Notes under the pieces: model-generated | What the model saw: the letters and a program-made list of their open reading frames with translations, nothing else | Told to the model about the DNA's origin: nothing | The model's database searches: none | Assembly (NCBI GenBank): GCA_038211855.1 | Contig: JBBQVE010000001.1 | Coordinates: 95,309 to 159,308, forward strand | Reading direction: 5' to 3' | DNA: 64,000 bases | DNA from: Candidatus Saccharimonadales bacterium | GTDB taxonomy: Bacteria > Patescibacteriota > Saccharimonadia > Saccharimonadales > SZUA-47 | In this document: positions 52,592-62,828 of the stretch, piece by piece | Numbering within the stretch: the first letter of the stretch is position 1 | Layout of the letters: every line of letters starts with the position of its first letter | Program-made: the position numbers and the translations under genes

Positions 52592-52987
52592 TTAACGCTT
52601 GGTGAACTGACGCTGTTTACGTGCGCCCTTGAGGCCGAACTTCTTACGTTCGCGTTCACGAGGATCGCGACCGAGGAGCTCCGCACGTTTCAAGGTGCTT
52701 TTGAGATCTTCGTTCATTACAACGAGGGCTTTGGCGATTCCGAGGCTGATTGCATCAACCTGACCGGCGTGACCGCCACCGCTGACGAGAACAGACACAT
52801 CAAACTTATCGTTTTCGATGACAACAAATGGCTTTACGAGATCAGTCATCAACATAGCACTGCCAGCGAAGTACTCGCTTGCGGGTACCTTATTGATCGT
52901 AATGATGCCTTTGCCATTCATGACTCGAACACGAGCTGTGGCGCTCTTGCGACGGCCGAGGCCGTAAAAATAACTCTTTTCAGCCAT
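52592..52987 (-). CDS. rpsI: 30S ribosomal protein S9
   Basis: GGGHAGQVDAISLGIAKAL...KKFGLKGARKQRQFTKR. Confidence 0.97.
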   Translation of the reverse strand: MAEKSYFYGLGRRKSATARVRVMNGKGIITINKVPASEYFAGSAMLMTDLVKPFVVIENDKFDVSVLVSGGGHAGQVDAISLGIAKALVVMNEDLKSTLKRAELLGRDPRERERKKFGLKGARKQRQFTKR

Positions 52988-52989
52988 GA

Positions 52990-53433
52990 TTATTTGGTCT
53001 CCTTCTTCAAGCTCAGGGTAACTGGCTTCTGGGCTTCATGATTATGCTCGCTACCAGCATAGATTTTAAGGCGCTGCAAGCGAGCAGGACGAAGTTTGTT
53101 AACTGGAATCATGCCACGTACGGCCTTCTCAACGACGACAGTTGGATCAATCGTGATTTGCTCTTCAAGCGTACGTTCGCGCAGACCACTCGGGTAACCA
53201 CTATAGTGATAGTAAATCTTGTCTTTGGTCTTGTTACCAGTAGTGATTAAGCTGGCAGCGTTTATGACGATGACAAAGTCACCGCAGTCAATGTGCTGCG
53301 TATATTGCGGCTTCTCTTTTCCTGTAAGTAGTGTCGCGATCCGAGTTGCCATACGGCCAAGCGGAACCTCGGCTGCGTCAATGACGAACCAAGCGCGTGT
53401 CACATCAGTTGGTTTTGCGGAATAGGTCTTCAT
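52990..53433 (-). CDS. rplM: 50S ribosomal protein L13
   Basis: WFVIDAAEVPLGRMATRIATLLTGK. Confidence 0.97.
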   Translation of the reverse strand: MKTYSAKPTDVTRAWFVIDAAEVPLGRMATRIATLLTGKEKPQYTQHIDCGDFVIVINAASLITTGNKTKDKIYYHYSGYPSGLRERTLEEQITIDPTVVVEKAVRGMIPVNKLRPARLQRLKIYAGSEHNHEAQKPVTLSLKKETK

Positions 53434-53910
53434 TTATTTGGCCTCCTTGGCAACAGCTTTTTTAGCTGGTGCTTTTTTAGCGGCTGTCTTGGTTGCGGTT
53501 GTTGCTGGCTTTTCAGCAGCGACTGCGCTGACGGCGACTGGTGCTTCGTTGAGGTCATCAACAAAGCTGACGCGTGCCATCATGGTGTTATCACCGCGGC
53601 GAGCAGTTGTACGCTCAATGCGGAGATGACCACTGTTACGGCCGCTTAGTTTTGGTGCAATTTCGTCTACCAGCTTGTGAGCGGCTTCGAGAGTCTGCAA
53701 TTGAGCGATGATCTGGCGGCGATTGTGTAAATCTCCAACTTTTGCCTTCGTAATCAGTTGTTCAACGTAAGGAACAATTTCTTTTGCTTTGGAAATAGTC
53801 GTTTCAATGGTGGTGTGCAGGATTAAAGCTTCAGCGAGGCTGGCCATAAGCGCTGCGCGCTGGTCGCGTTCTCGTCCGAACTTTCTTCCTTGGTATCCGT
53901 GGCGGTGCAT
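53434..53910 (-). CDS. rplQ: 50S ribosomal protein L17 with an Ala/Lys-rich C-terminal tail
   Basis: MHRHGYQGRKFGRERDQRAAL. Confidence 0.95.
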   Translation of the reverse strand: MHRHGYQGRKFGRERDQRAALMASLAEALILHTTIETTISKAKEIVPYVEQLITKAKVGDLHNRRQIIAQLQTLEAAHKLVDEIAPKLSGRNSGHLRIERTTARRGDNTMMARVSFVDDLNEAPVAVSAVAAEKPATTATKTAAKKAPAKKAVAKEAK

Positions 53911-53911
53911 C

Positions 53912-54862
53912 TTATAGCTCCAACTCTGCGAGCTTTTCTTTTACTTCGTCGAGTGCTTTACTGCCAAACCCTTTCAGGTCACGCAGTTCTGCATCGCTCA
54001 GAGAGAAAAGGTCTTTTAGGGTGTGAATATCGTTATTGATGAGGGCATTGGTGGTCCGAGCACTCAGGTTCATGTCTTCGATTGATGTATCGAGCATGGT
54101 TGGCTCTTCAGATGACTCTGAAGTTGAAGTGCTTTCAGCTTTGGCGCTGGTCAGGGGAGCGCCGACTTCGACGCGGGTAGCGCCAGCAAGTGCGGTGTAC
54201 TGATTCACGAGGATAGCTGCAGCTTCTTCAAACGCATCACGTGGCGTGATAGTCGCGTCGGTTTCAACCGTCAAAAGTAAGCGGTCAAGATCAGTCATTT
54301 GGCCGACACGGGTGTTTTCCACGCGATAACGGACACGCATGACAGGGCTGAAGATGGCATCAAGTGCAATCATGTCGGTTGAAGTGCGCTTGGTAGAGGC
54401 TTCATCGATTGAGCGGTAGCCGCGGCCTTTTTCGACGACAATATCGATCGCAATTGATGATTTGTCGGTGTCGAGCGTGGCAACGACGTGCTCAGGATTA
54501 ACGACTTCGACGTCAGCGTTCAGCGTGATATCTTTTGCGGTGACAAGGCCTTTGCCTTTTTTGGTAATCCGTAGCGTCTGTGGTTCGTCGCTGAACACGC
54601 GGAAGCGGATGCCCTTTAGGTTCTGCATGATGTCAACAACGTCTTCTTTGACGCCTTCGGCAGTCGTGAATTCGTGGGTGACGCCTTCGATGCGGAAGGC
54701 TGTGATCGCTGCACCGGCAATACTCGAAAGGAGTACGCGGCGTAGTGAGTTACCGAGCGTCATCCCATAACCGGTGTGAAGTGGCTCGACAACAAATGTC
54801 GCGCTGGTTGCACTATGGTCGGTGACATTCGATAGTATTGGTGTATGTATAGTTTTAGACAC
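53912..54862 (-). CDS. rpoA: DNA-directed RNA polymerase subunit alpha
   Basis: N-terminal-domain-like sequence (EPLHTGYGMTLGNSLRRVLLSS) and a C-terminal domain with LSARTTNAL...LKGFGSKALDEV. Confidence 0.96.
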   Translation of the reverse strand: MSKTIHTPILSNVTDHSATSATFVVEPLHTGYGMTLGNSLRRVLLSSIAGAAITAFRIEGVTHEFTTAEGVKEDVVDIMQNLKGIRFRVFSDEPQTLRITKKGKGLVTAKDITLNADVEVVNPEHVVATLDTDKSSIAIDIVVEKGRGYRSIDEASTKRTSTDMIALDAIFSPVMRVRYRVENTRVGQMTDLDRLLLTVETDATITPRDAFEEAAAILVNQYTALAGATRVEVGAPLTSAKAESTSTSESSEEPTMLDTSIEDMNLSARTTNALINNDIHTLKDLFSLSDAELRDLKGFGSKALDEVKEKLAELEL

Positions 54863-54875
54863 TCGCTTATCCTCC

Positions 54876-55502
54876 TTAACGTGAGTAGTATTCGACGATT
54901 AGTTGTTCTTTGATCTCAGGTTCAGCGTTTTCACGGGTAGGAAGCGCAGTAATGCTAATAGAAAGCTTCTTACGGTCGGCCTTCAACCAGCTTGGCATAT
55001 CATTGCTGGCTGGACTGACTTCATCAAGCTTCTTGAAATACTCGGTTTTAGTGCTGTGGTCACGGACAATCAGTACATCACCAGGAGCCAAACGTAGTGA
55101 CGGAATGTCAACACGGCGACCATTGAGGGTAAAATGTCCATGAGTCATTAACTGACGTGCGGCGCGGCGTGAAGTCGCGAATCCAGCACGATAGACGGCG
55201 TTATCGGCGCGTTGTTCGAGGAAACACAACAGGTTTTCACCGGACTGGCCGGCTTTCTTGTTGGCTTCGTTCATGAGGTTGCTGAACTGCTTCTCTAAAA
55301 GGCCATACAAGCGCTTTACCTTCTGCTTTTCGCGAAGTTGGAGCGAGTACTGACTTGGTTTGGCTGGACGACGTCCGTTACCACCGCCACCGCCTGCACC
55401 CGGCATGCCTGTACGTTTAACGAGGGCTTTGTGGGCTTTTGGATGAAGTGCGTAGCCCTCACGGCGGGACATCTTGACCACACTTTGCATATTGCGTGCC
55501 AT
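54876..55502 (-). CDS. rpsD: 30S ribosomal protein S4
   Basis: SQYSLQLREKQKVKRLYG, and an S4 RNA-binding domain. Confidence 0.96.
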   Translation of the reverse strand: MARNMQSVVKMSRREGYALHPKAHKALVKRTGMPGAGGGGGNGRRPAKPSQYSLQLREKQKVKRLYGLLEKQFSNLMNEANKKAGQSGENLLCFLEQRADNAVYRAGFATSRRAARQLMTHGHFTLNGRRVDIPSLRLAPGDVLIVRDHSTKTEYFKKLDEVSPASNDMPSWLKADRKKLSISITALPTRENAEPEIKEQLIVEYYSR

Positions 55503-55505
55503 ATA

Positions 55506-55958
55506 CTAGACCCTCCGTGCTTTCTTTGGACGGCAGCCACCATGTGGGATGCCGGTCATGTCTTTGATTGACTCAACCGCGATATCGAGACTGGCGAGGG
55601 CGCGGATAGCGGCGTCGCGGCCTTGGCCGATACCTTTGATGTAGGCGTCAACTTTGCTCACGCCGTACTGCTGCTTGGCAAGGTTTGCGGCTTTTTCGCC
55701 AGCAATTTGGGCAGCATAGGCTGTGCCTTTTTTGCTGCCGCGGAACCCGCAGGCTCCAGCGCTTGAACTCGTCAGAACAGCACCATTGCGGTCTGTAAAA
55801 GTGACAATCGTATTGTTGAATGTTGCTTGAATGTGAAGTTGTCCGTAAGGAACCGAGCGCTTGGCTTTCCGCTTTTTGGCGGGAGCTGCAGCAACAGCGG
55901 CTGGTGCCGTTGTTTCAGTTACTTCTGTAACAACAGGTGTTTCAGTAGAATCTGCCAT
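55506..55958 (-). CDS. rpsK: 30S ribosomal protein S11 with an N-terminal extension
   Basis: HIQATFNNTIVTFTDRNG...GFRGSKKGT. Confidence 0.96.
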   Translation of the reverse strand: MADSTETPVVTEVTETTAPAAVAAAPAKKRKAKRSVPYGQLHIQATFNNTIVTFTDRNGAVLTSSSAGACGFRGSKKGTAYAAQIAGEKAANLAKQQYGVSKVDAYIKGIGQGRDAAIRALASLDIAVESIKDMTGIPHGGCRPKKARRV

Positions 55959-55970
55959 ATATCTCCCTTC

Positions 55971-56357
55971 CTACGTCTTTGAGACGGCTTTCTTAGCGGT
56001 ACCACCGACAGTTACTTTTTTGCCACGGCGAGTACGAGCATTAGTGCGAGTACGTTGGCCACGGCTCGGCAAATTGTTGGCGTGGCGGGTACCTCGGTAT
56101 GACTTGATGTCTTTGAGGCGCTTGATATTACCCGTCACAACGCGGTGCAGCTCACCTTCGACGGTGAGCGTGTTGTTAATAACTTCTTGAATACGCGACA
56201 CTTCATCATCTGTGAGACTCTTGGTACGGATGGTAGGGTCGACTTTTGCCTTTGCAAGGACATCTTCAGCGGTTTTGTGACCGACTCCAAATACATACTG
56301 CAATGAAAATAAGATTTGCTTCTCGTTAGGGATTGTTACTCCTGAAATACGTGCCAT
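55971..56357 (-). CDS. rpsM: 30S ribosomal protein S13
   Basis: MARISGVTIPNEKQILFSLQYVFGVG. Confidence 0.96.
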   Translation of the reverse strand: MARISGVTIPNEKQILFSLQYVFGVGHKTAEDVLAKAKVDPTIRTKSLTDDEVSRIQEVINNTLTVEGELHRVVTGNIKRLKDIKSYRGTRHANNLPSRGQRTRTNARTRRGKKVTVGGTAKKAVSKT

Positions 56358-56358
56358 A

Positions 56359-56475
56359 TTAGCCTTGCCTCTGCTTATGCTTTGGTTTGAGCTTATTAAT
56401 CACATACAACCGCCCTTTGCGACGAACTAAAATATCGTCAGGGCTGATTTTCTTTACACTTGCACGCACTTTCAT
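56359..56475 (-). CDS. rpmJ: 50S ribosomal protein L36
   Basis: Hand-translated 38 aa, [38 protein letters not shown]. Not in the track because it is under 60 aa. Confidence 0.92.
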   Translation of the reverse strand: MKVRASVKKISPDDILVRRKGRLYVINKLKPKHKQRQG

Positions 56476-56541
56476 GCGGATCATCACTCCTTAATGCTGT
56501 GGTGGTGACACACTGCTTAGTTATTAATATCCCTGACTGTG

Positions 56542-56763
56542 TCAGGACTTGCGATAGGTGATTCTTCCCTTAGTAAGATCATAAGGGGTCAACTCAACCG
56601 TCACGCTGTCGCCCGGTACAATACGGATAAAATGTTTCCGCATTTTGCCTGCGACATGAGCTATAATTCGATGGCCATTCTCAAGTTCTACTTTGAACTG
56701 AGTACCAGGTAGAGTCTCTACGATGGTTCCCGTTAATTCAATTACTTCCTTGTTCTTGGCCAT
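56542..56763 (-). CDS. infA: Translation initiation factor IF-1
   Basis: [31 protein letters not shown]... Confidence 0.96.
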   Translation of the reverse strand: MAKNKEVIELTGTIVETLPGTQFKVELENGHRIIAHVAGKMRKHFIRIVPGDSVTVELTPYDLTKGRITYRKS

Positions 56764-56815
56764 AAGTTATATATCAACTTACTACTTTAACAGATTCGTA
56801 TCTGTAAGTAAAGTG

Positions 56816-58345
56816 TTAATTTTTGTCATTCTTATCACTATTTTTACCAGGCTTCGTTTTGCGAGTAAATCGGCCACCGAAGCGCAGTTTACGCGCGCCA
56901 CTCGCTGCCAGAGCAGGCTCATCTGAGCCGTAGAAGAAGTCTGGTGTAGAATAGTCATCGTAGGTGACCATAAGGGCACGTGATTCAATCTGACGGAGTG
57001 TTTCGATCGCTACTGCCACCAGAATCAACACGCTGGTACCACCGATAGATATGTTCGTATTCAGGAAGACTTGGGCGACCATTGGTACGAGTGCCAAAAT
57101 ACCAAGGCTGATTGCACCAAACAACGTCAGGCTGTTGACAACTTTTGCAAGGTATTTTTCGGTTTCACGCCCAGATCGAACACCCTCGATAAAGCCACCT
57201 TGCTTTTGTAAGTTCTCGGCAATTTCCTTGCTGTTGAAGGTGATACCTGTATAGAAGTACGTAAACAGCACAATTAGGACGAAGTAGACGAGTGGATAGA
57301 TGTACGGCGTAAAGCCTTTACCCGCAAAGGTAGTGGCTGAGGGCGTCGTAAACCATGCAACCATTTTGGTACCGATAGTTTGCAGGTGAGCGCTCTTATT
57401 GGTGAGCAGTAACTGACCAACAAAGCTTGGAACACTTAGGAAAGCTAATGCGAAGATAATTGGCACAACACCGGCGGTAATTAGTTTGACTGGAAGTATG
57501 GTCGTCACGCCGCCATAGGTGCGGTTTCCTTGTACGCGTTTCGCGTAATGGATTGTTACATTGCGGGCAGCTTCGTTTAGTTTGACTACTATATAGGTTA
57601 TCGCTACGACTGAGAACAAAATGATCGCCGCCAGCAGCAAACCTTTGCCACTCACCGGAATACTTTTGCCGAATAATTCCAGGTGCTTTTTGCCAGAAAA
57701 AATACTACTTGCGACAGAGGTGATGGTTGAAGGTAGGCGTGAAACGATACCAACTGTAATAAGCAAAGATATGCCATTTCCAATTCCCTGTTCCGTGACC
57801 AGTTCGCCGAGCCACATCAGTAACATTGAACCACCGCTAAGGGCAGACACCATCAATATCCACTGAAGGATGCTGGCATTCTGGGCAATATTGCCAACAC
57901 CGGAATACTGGCTGGCTGTCTGGCTCACAAGGTAGATGGCGCCGATTGACTGAATAATTGACAGCGGAAAAGCGATCATACGAGTATATTGATTGATCTT
58001 CTTGCGGCCATATTCACCTTCTTTATTGAGGGCTTCCAGCTTCGGTATGGCGTGTGTTAAGAGCTGCATGATGATAGAGGCGTTAATGTATGGCCCAAGT
58101 CCTATCAGCATAATGGATAGGTTGGCTAAGGCACCGCCAGAAAGGATGTCCAGGACGCCTAATATCTGTGTCGTTTTGGACGCCTGAAATAGGTTTTGCA
58201 GGACTTGCTTGAGAGTTGCTGGATTTCCTAGCGGTATTGGAATGTGGGCAAGCAGACGAAAAACAAGCAGCATACCCGCAACAGCCAAAAGGCGTTTACG
58301 CATGTCACTGGCTTTAAGCGCGCGCCACATCAGTTTCCAGTTCAT
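56816..58345 (-). CDS. secY: Preprotein translocase subunit SecY with a roughly 60-aa basic C-terminal extension
   Basis: 10-TM SecY pattern (GLGPYINASIIMQLL..., WLGELVTEQGIGNGISL). Confidence 0.95.
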   Translation of the reverse strand: MNWKLMWRALKASDMRKRLLAVAGMLLVFRLLAHIPIPLGNPATLKQVLQNLFQASKTTQILGVLDILSGGALANLSIMLIGLGPYINASIIMQLLTHAIPKLEALNKEGEYGRKKINQYTRMIAFPLSIIQSIGAIYLVSQTASQYSGVGNIAQNASILQWILMVSALSGGSMLLMWLGELVTEQGIGNGISLLITVGIVSRLPSTITSVASSIFSGKKHLELFGKSIPVSGKGLLLAAIILFSVVAITYIVVKLNEAARNVTIHYAKRVQGNRTYGGVTTILPVKLITAGVVPIIFALAFLSVPSFVGQLLLTNKSAHLQTIGTKMVAWFTTPSATTFAGKGFTPYIYPLVYFVLIVLFTYFYTGITFNSKEIAENLQKQGGFIEGVRSGRETEKYLAKVVNSLTLFGAISLGILALVPMVAQVFLNTNISIGGTSVLILVAVAIETLRQIESRALMVTYDDYSTPDFFYGSDEPALAASGARKLRFGGRFTRKTKPGKNSDKNDKN

Positions 58346-58400
58346 ATTTAAATCCTACTATATCAGTTTTAAGGAGTAACCGACAACCCTATGGGTGTTG

Positions 58401-58868
58401 TTACTTTGTCGTCGCTTCTTTTTTAGTACGTGCAGGCTTTGGGGTGACGGCAAATGTACCACCAGCCTTCTGGATCATTTCAACCGATCGAGCGCTGGCA
58501 GCTTGCAATTTGACTTGCAGTTTTTTGGTAATATCGCCACGAACGACCACGCGAACCATCTGGTAAGGTGAGTCTATCAAACCGACTTCGTAGAGGGTAA
58601 AGTTGTCTACCATTCCGGTCATGGCGTTGATTTTATCGGTCGTGATAGCAACAGGCTTGTCCCAGAATGGGGTAAAGCCACGTAATTTTGGTACGCGTTT
58701 CATCAACGGCCTTGAACCACCTTCAAAGCCAGGCTTGCGGCGTGAACCGGTTCGAGAGCCTTGACCCTTAGTACCACGACCAGCAGTCTTGCCTTGGCCG
58801 GCAGAAATACCGCGACCAACGCGATTAATGCGCTTGTGGGGCGTGAGTTTAAGTTCGTTATATTTCAT
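58401..58868 (-). CDS. rplO: 50S ribosomal protein L15
   Basis: GRGISAGQGKTAGRGTKGQ. Confidence 0.96.
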   Translation of the reverse strand: MKYNELKLTPHKRINRVGRGISAGQGKTAGRGTKGQGSRTGSRRKPGFEGGSRPLMKRVPKLRGFTPFWDKPVAITTDKINAMTGMVDNFTLYEVGLIDSPYQMVRVVVRGDITKKLQVKLQAASARSVEMIQKAGGTFAVTPKPARTKKEATTK

Positions 58869-59443
58869 TATTTGGCCTCCGCTTTTTTGACTTCTGGCGC
58901 TTTGGCGACAGAAGTTTCAGTTTTCGCTGGTTTTTCGGCTTTGGCTGATTTGACGTTCTTAGAAGTAATCCATTCACTCTTTGGTTCCATGGCGCGGATC
59001 ACATCAAGTGTCGCGTAAGCGATATTGATTTTATTGCTTGAACCGAGTGACTTGGAAAGGATGTCATTTACACCAGCGACTTCAAGAATCGTACGGACGA
59101 CACCGCCAGCGATAAGACCGGTACCGGCTGAGGCTGGTTTTACAAAGATACGGGCACCACCGACCTTCGCTTCGGCCTCATGTGGCAAGGTTCCATTGAC
59201 GACAGGAACGCTAATCATGTGCTTTTTGGCGACTTCAGTTGCTTTACTGACGGCTGCGGTTACATCAGCACCTTTGGCAATACCAACGCCGACTTTGTGC
59301 TTGCGGTCACCAACGACGACGAGTGCGCGGAAACGAAAGCGACGGCCACCTTTTACGACACGCGCGACACGGTCGATATTAACAACTCGCTCGTCAAATG
59401 GACTTGGTTCTTGTGGGCCTTGATTTCGTGGTTCGCGAGCCAT
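58868..59443 (-). CDS. rpsE: 30S ribosomal protein S5 with a Lys/Ala-rich C-terminal tail
   Basis: VVNIDRVARVVKGGRRFRFRALVVVGD. ATG 59443 lies just after the rplR stop; the track ORF extends to 59530. Confidence 0.95.
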   Translation of the reverse strand: MAREPRNQGPQEPSPFDERVVNIDRVARVVKGGRRFRFRALVVVGDRKHKVGVGIAKGADVTAAVSKATEVAKKHMISVPVVNGTLPHEAEAKVGGARIFVKPASAGTGLIAGGVVRTILEVAGVNDILSKSLGSSNKINIAYATLDVIRAMEPKSEWITSKNVKSAKAEKPAKTETSVAKAPEVKKAEAK

Positions 59444-59444
59444 A

Positions 59445-59798
59445 CTAGAACTCCAATCCTTCTGCGCGTGCCGCATCGGCAAACGCTTTAACGCGTCCGT
59501 GATAGAGACGACTGCCTCGGTCAAGGACAACTTTCTTCACTTTAGCTGCTTTAGCTTTTTTGGCGATTTCAGTGCCGAGTACGACGGCCTTTTCGGACAT
59601 CGTGCCGGTTGCTTTGTTACCAACGGTCGTGGCGCTGACAATAGTCTTGCCATCTTCATCATTAATAACTTGGGTCGTAATGTGCGTGTTCGTGATGCGC
59701 AAGCAAAGGCGTGGGCGCTCAGCTGTCCCATGGACAGTGGCACGGACGCGGTGGGCGCGCTGGGTACGATTTGATAGTTTACGGACTCTTTCGTTCAT
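59445..59798 (-). CDS. rplR: 50S ribosomal protein L18
   Basis: RHRVRATVHGTAERPRLCLRITN...GRVKAFADAARAEGLEF. Confidence 0.96.
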   Translation of the reverse strand: MNERVRKLSNRTQRAHRVRATVHGTAERPRLCLRITNTHITTQVINDEDGKTIVSATTVGNKATGTMSEKAVVLGTEIAKKAKAAKVKKVVLDRGSRLYHGRVKAFADAARAEGLEF

Positions 59799-59804
59799 AT
59801 GGGC

Positions 59805-60344
59805 CTACTTGTCCTTTCCGCTCTTGCCGCTCTTACGGACAATGCGCTCGGTTACATACTTAATACCCTTACCTTTATAAGGTTCAGGCTTTTTGAAGGA
59901 ACGGATTTCGGCAGCGGCCTGGCCAACTTGCTGTTTGCTGATGCCGCTGATGGTAACAAGGTTTTGCTCGACGGTTGCAGTGATACCTTCAGGAAGTTGA
60001 TAAATAACATCGTGAGAGAAGCCAAGCTGCATCTTCAAGGTCGTGCCTTGTACTGCTGCGCGGAAACCGACACCGTTAATTTCCAGCTGCTTTTTGAAGC
60101 CTTCTGTGACGCCTGTCACCATATTCTGGATCAGCGTTCGCATCAGACCGTGCTTACTCTTATGTTCGCGTTCATCGCTCGCGCGGGTAACGGTGAGGGT
60201 GTCACCATCTACTTTGGCGATGATACCAGGCATTGTGAATTGCTTCAGTGTGCCCTTCGAACCGGTGACGGTTACAAAATCATCGTCGACAGTAATTGTC
60301 ACACCGCTGGGAATTTTGATCGGCAGTTTTCCTATACGACTCAT
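59805..60344 (-). CDS. rplF: 50S ribosomal protein L6
   Basis: MSRIGKLPIKIPSGVTITV. Confidence 0.96.
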   Translation of the reverse strand: MSRIGKLPIKIPSGVTITVDDDFVTVTGSKGTLKQFTMPGIIAKVDGDTLTVTRASDEREHKSKHGLMRTLIQNMVTGVTEGFKKQLEINGVGFRAAVQGTTLKMQLGFSHDVIYQLPEGITATVEQNLVTISGISKQQVGQAAAEIRSFKKPEPYKGKGIKYVTERIVRKSGKSGKDK

Positions 60345-60358
60345 GTTCTCTCCTTACT

Positions 60359-60757
60359 TTAATAAATCTGGCAAATCAATTCGCCGCCAAGACGCTGTTT
60401 TTTAGCTTCCTGACCGGTCATGATGCCTTTAGATGTACTGATAATGACAATACCGCGGCCACCTTTGTAGGTGGGGATTGAATCTGCGTTGCTGTACAAG
60501 CGGCGACCAGGTTTGCTCATGCGGGTCACTTCTGTAATTGACTGACGACCGTTGGAACGGGCGAGGTCGATGACGAGCTGTTTGACAATCCCTTCATCGT
60601 TAACAGAAACAGCACCAACAAAGTTGTTACTGCTCAAAATCTTGGCGACGGCCTCTTTTAGCTTGCTGTGCGGCATGCTGACAGCATCTTTATTGACAGC
60701 TGCGGCGTTACGGATACGAGTCAGCATATCGGCGATTGGATCGGTTGAAACCATCAT
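60359..60757 (-). CDS. rpsH: 30S ribosomal protein S8
   Basis: DPIADMLTRIRNA. The start was trimmed to the ATG just after the rpsN stop. Confidence 0.95.
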   Translation of the reverse strand: MMVSTDPIADMLTRIRNAAAVNKDAVSMPHSKLKEAVAKILSSNNFVGAVSVNDEGIVKQLVIDLARSNGRQSITEVTRMSKPGRRLYSNADSIPTYKGGRGIVIISTSKGIMTGQEAKKQRLGGELICQIY

Positions 60758-60761
60758 AGTA

Positions 60762-61031
60762 TTACCAACTCGCTTTCGTGACACCAGGGATTTCACCCTT
60801 GCTGGCGTGTTCGCGGAAACTTAAGCGGCTTAGACCGAACTGACGCATGTAAGCTCGTGGACGACCTGTTTCTAGGCAGCGGTTCTTCAAACGAGTTGGT
60901 GAACTGTTGCGTGGTAATTTGTGTAGACCTTCAAGATCGCCAGCTGCCTTAAGTTCAGCACGCTTGGCAGCGTACTGTTCGTGCATTTTGCGTCGTTTAA
61001 GGTCGCGAGCGAGACTAGATTTCTTAGCCAT
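60762..61031 (-). CDS. rpsN: 30S ribosomal protein S14 (long, non-zinc form)
   Basis: ...[39 protein letters not shown]. Confidence 0.95.
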   Translation of the reverse strand: MAKKSSLARDLKRRKMHEQYAAKRAELKAAGDLEGLHKLPRNSSPTRLKNRCLETGRPRAYMRQFGLSRLSFREHASKGEIPGVTKASW

Positions 61032-61621
61032 TATTTGGCCTCCTTATGTGCACTTTTCTCGAATGGCATGCCAAATTGTTCGAGTAGTTTGCGGCTATGT
61101 GCGGTTTCTTCTGCTTTAATAACAAATACGAACTGCATTCCGTGGGAATTTGAGGTTTCTTCAAAAGTAAGTTCCGGGAAAACGGTCTGATCTACCAGAC
61201 CGAGGCTGTAATTACCTTGTTTGTCGAAGGCTTTGGCACTGACGCCGTGAAAGTCGCGTAGACGAGGCAAGACAATCGCAATAAGGCGATCAGCCATTTC
61301 GTACATACGATCACCACGAAGGGTCACTTTGAGGCCAATCGGACTGCCTTCACGTAGCTTGAACGTCGCAATCGACTTCTTGGCAATCGTTTGGACAGGC
61401 TGCTGGCCGGTAATTTTACGAAGAGTATTCGTGGCGATTTCGAGGACTTTTTTGTCATCTTTCGCTTTTCCAAGACCGATGTTAATGATGATTTTGTCGA
61501 GTTGTGGTGCCTGATGGGTGTTTTTAAGGCCCAATTCTTTTACAAGGTTGGCACGCTCAGCAAAATATTGCGCTTTCAAGCGAGGAGTATAAGCTTTGGT
61601 AGCGGTTTTAACAGTTGCCAT
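61031..61621 (-). CDS. rplE: 50S ribosomal protein L5
   Basis: L5-like sequence in the expected operon position. Confidence 0.95.
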   Translation of the reverse strand: MATVKTATKAYTPRLKAQYFAERANLVKELGLKNTHQAPQLDKIIINIGLGKAKDDKKVLEIATNTLRKITGQQPVQTIAKKSIATFKLREGSPIGLKVTLRGDRMYEMADRLIAIVLPRLRDFHGVSAKAFDKQGNYSLGLVDQTVFPELTFEETSNSHGMQFVFVIKAEETAHSRKLLEQFGMPFEKSAHKEAK

Positions 61622-61959
61622 TACTTGATCTCCTTCCCTGTTGAAACGAACTGGCGAACTTTGTTGCCGTTCTTATCAAATGCGAATTTAATACGGCTTG
61701 GTTTCTTGCTGATAGGTTCCAAAATAGCAACTTTGCTGGCCCAGATTGGTTTGGTCAGTTCGACGATACCGCCCTGTGGTTTGACCTGCGTTGGCTTGAC
61801 GTGGCGTTTGACGACACTAATGCCTTCAACCGTCACTTTGTTGAGTGTTGGATGCGTCTTCAAAACAGTGCCAGTCTTACCTTTTTCGCGGCCCGAAAGG
61901 ACTACGACGGTATCACCTTTTTTAACACGGATTTTAAACATAGTGGGTTGTTTTTTCAT
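61621..61959 (-). CDS. rplX: 50S ribosomal protein L24
   Basis: KOW motif IRVKKGDTVVVLSGREKGKTG. Confidence 0.95.
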   Translation of the reverse strand: MKKQPTMFKIRVKKGDTVVVLSGREKGKTGTVLKTHPTLNKVTVEGISVVKRHVKPTQVKPQGGIVELTKPIWASKVAILEPISKKPSRIKFAFDKNGNKVRQFVSTGKEIK

Positions 61960-62327
61960 TAGAGGACCTCCGGTGCGAGGCTGATGATCTTAGCATAGCC
62001 TTGGTCGCGCAGTTCACGTGGAACCGGTCCAAAGATACGGGTTGCTTTGGGTAACTTGTCGTCACCGATTATGACGGCAGCGTTGTCATCGAAGCGGATG
62101 CTTGAGCCATCTTTACGCTTAATCGATGATTTGGTGCGGACAATAACAGCACGAACGACGGATTTCTTCTTGACGGTGCCAGTTGGATTAGCCTGCTTAA
62201 CGGTAGCGACGATGATGTCACCGACGCGTGCGTAACGACGGCGAGTTCCACCAAGCACGCGGATACAAAGGATTTCCTTGGCGCCGCTGTTATCGCAGAC
62301 GCCGAGGCGAGTTTCTTGTTGAATCAT
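61959..62327 (-). CDS. rplN: 50S ribosomal protein L14
   Basis: [27 protein letters not shown]. Confidence 0.97.
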   Translation of the reverse strand: MIQQETRLGVCDNSGAKEILCIRVLGGTRRRYARVGDIIVATVKQANPTGTVKKKSVVRAVIVRTKSSIKRKDGSSIRFDDNAAVIIGDDKLPKATRIFGPVPRELRDQGYAKIISLAPEVL

Positions 62328-62626
62328 TACTTCTCCTCCTCGTCTTCGTTAGCTGTGACTTTGTCGACACGGTCTTTCTCAGAAATCTTAGCGGTTTCAA
62401 GGATCTCTTGGAGTATGAACCGCTTGCGGGCTGACAACGGACGAGTCTCGACAATCGTGACTCGGTCGCCAACGTGCGCGCTGTTCTTCTCGTCATGAGC
62501 CATGAACTTGGTTGTGACGCTATACTGCTTCTTATACTTGCTGTTCGTCTTGCGCGTCTGGACGGCAATCACGATCGTCTTTTCGGCTTTATCGGAAACA
62601 ACTGTACCTGTAAGTGTGCGACTCAT
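62327..62626 (-). CDS. rpsQ: 30S ribosomal protein S17
   Basis: [18 protein letters not shown]...KFMAHDE. Confidence 0.95.
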   Translation of the reverse strand: MSRTLTGTVVSDKAEKTIVIAVQTRKTNSKYKKQYSVTTKFMAHDEKNSAHVGDRVTIVETRPLSARKRFILQEILETAKISEKDRVDKVTANEDEEEK

Positions 62627-62826
62627 TACATGTTCTCCTTACTAAGTTGTTCGCTTAACACGGTCATAATACGGGCGAGGTCCTTGCGCTTGGTACGGAT
62701 AGAACGAGTATTCTGCACTTCGCCCATGTATAGGCGACGCTTCATTTCGACAATCTCTTCGCGCAGCTCGGTTGACTTGGAAGCCAGCTCGCCAGTCTTA
62801 AATTTACGGATTTCAACAATTTTCAT
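62626..62826 (-). CDS. rpmC: 50S ribosomal protein L29
   Basis: 66 aa in the expected operon position, with LREEIVEMKRRL. Confidence 0.93.
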   Translation of the reverse strand: MKIVEIRKFKTGELASKSTELREEIVEMKRRLYMGEVQNTRSIRTKRKDLARIMTVLSEQLSKENM

Positions 62827-62828
62827 GA

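Noticed and set aside
47435-60796. N-terminal extensions implied by the longest-ORF coordinates for holB (48379), trpS (50202), the 294-aa ORF (51090), rpsE (59530) and rpsH (60796)
   Set aside because: Internal ATGs placed immediately after the upstream gene's stop, with an SD or a -10 element, give proteins that match the conserved family N-termini. The extensions would overlap the upstream genes.
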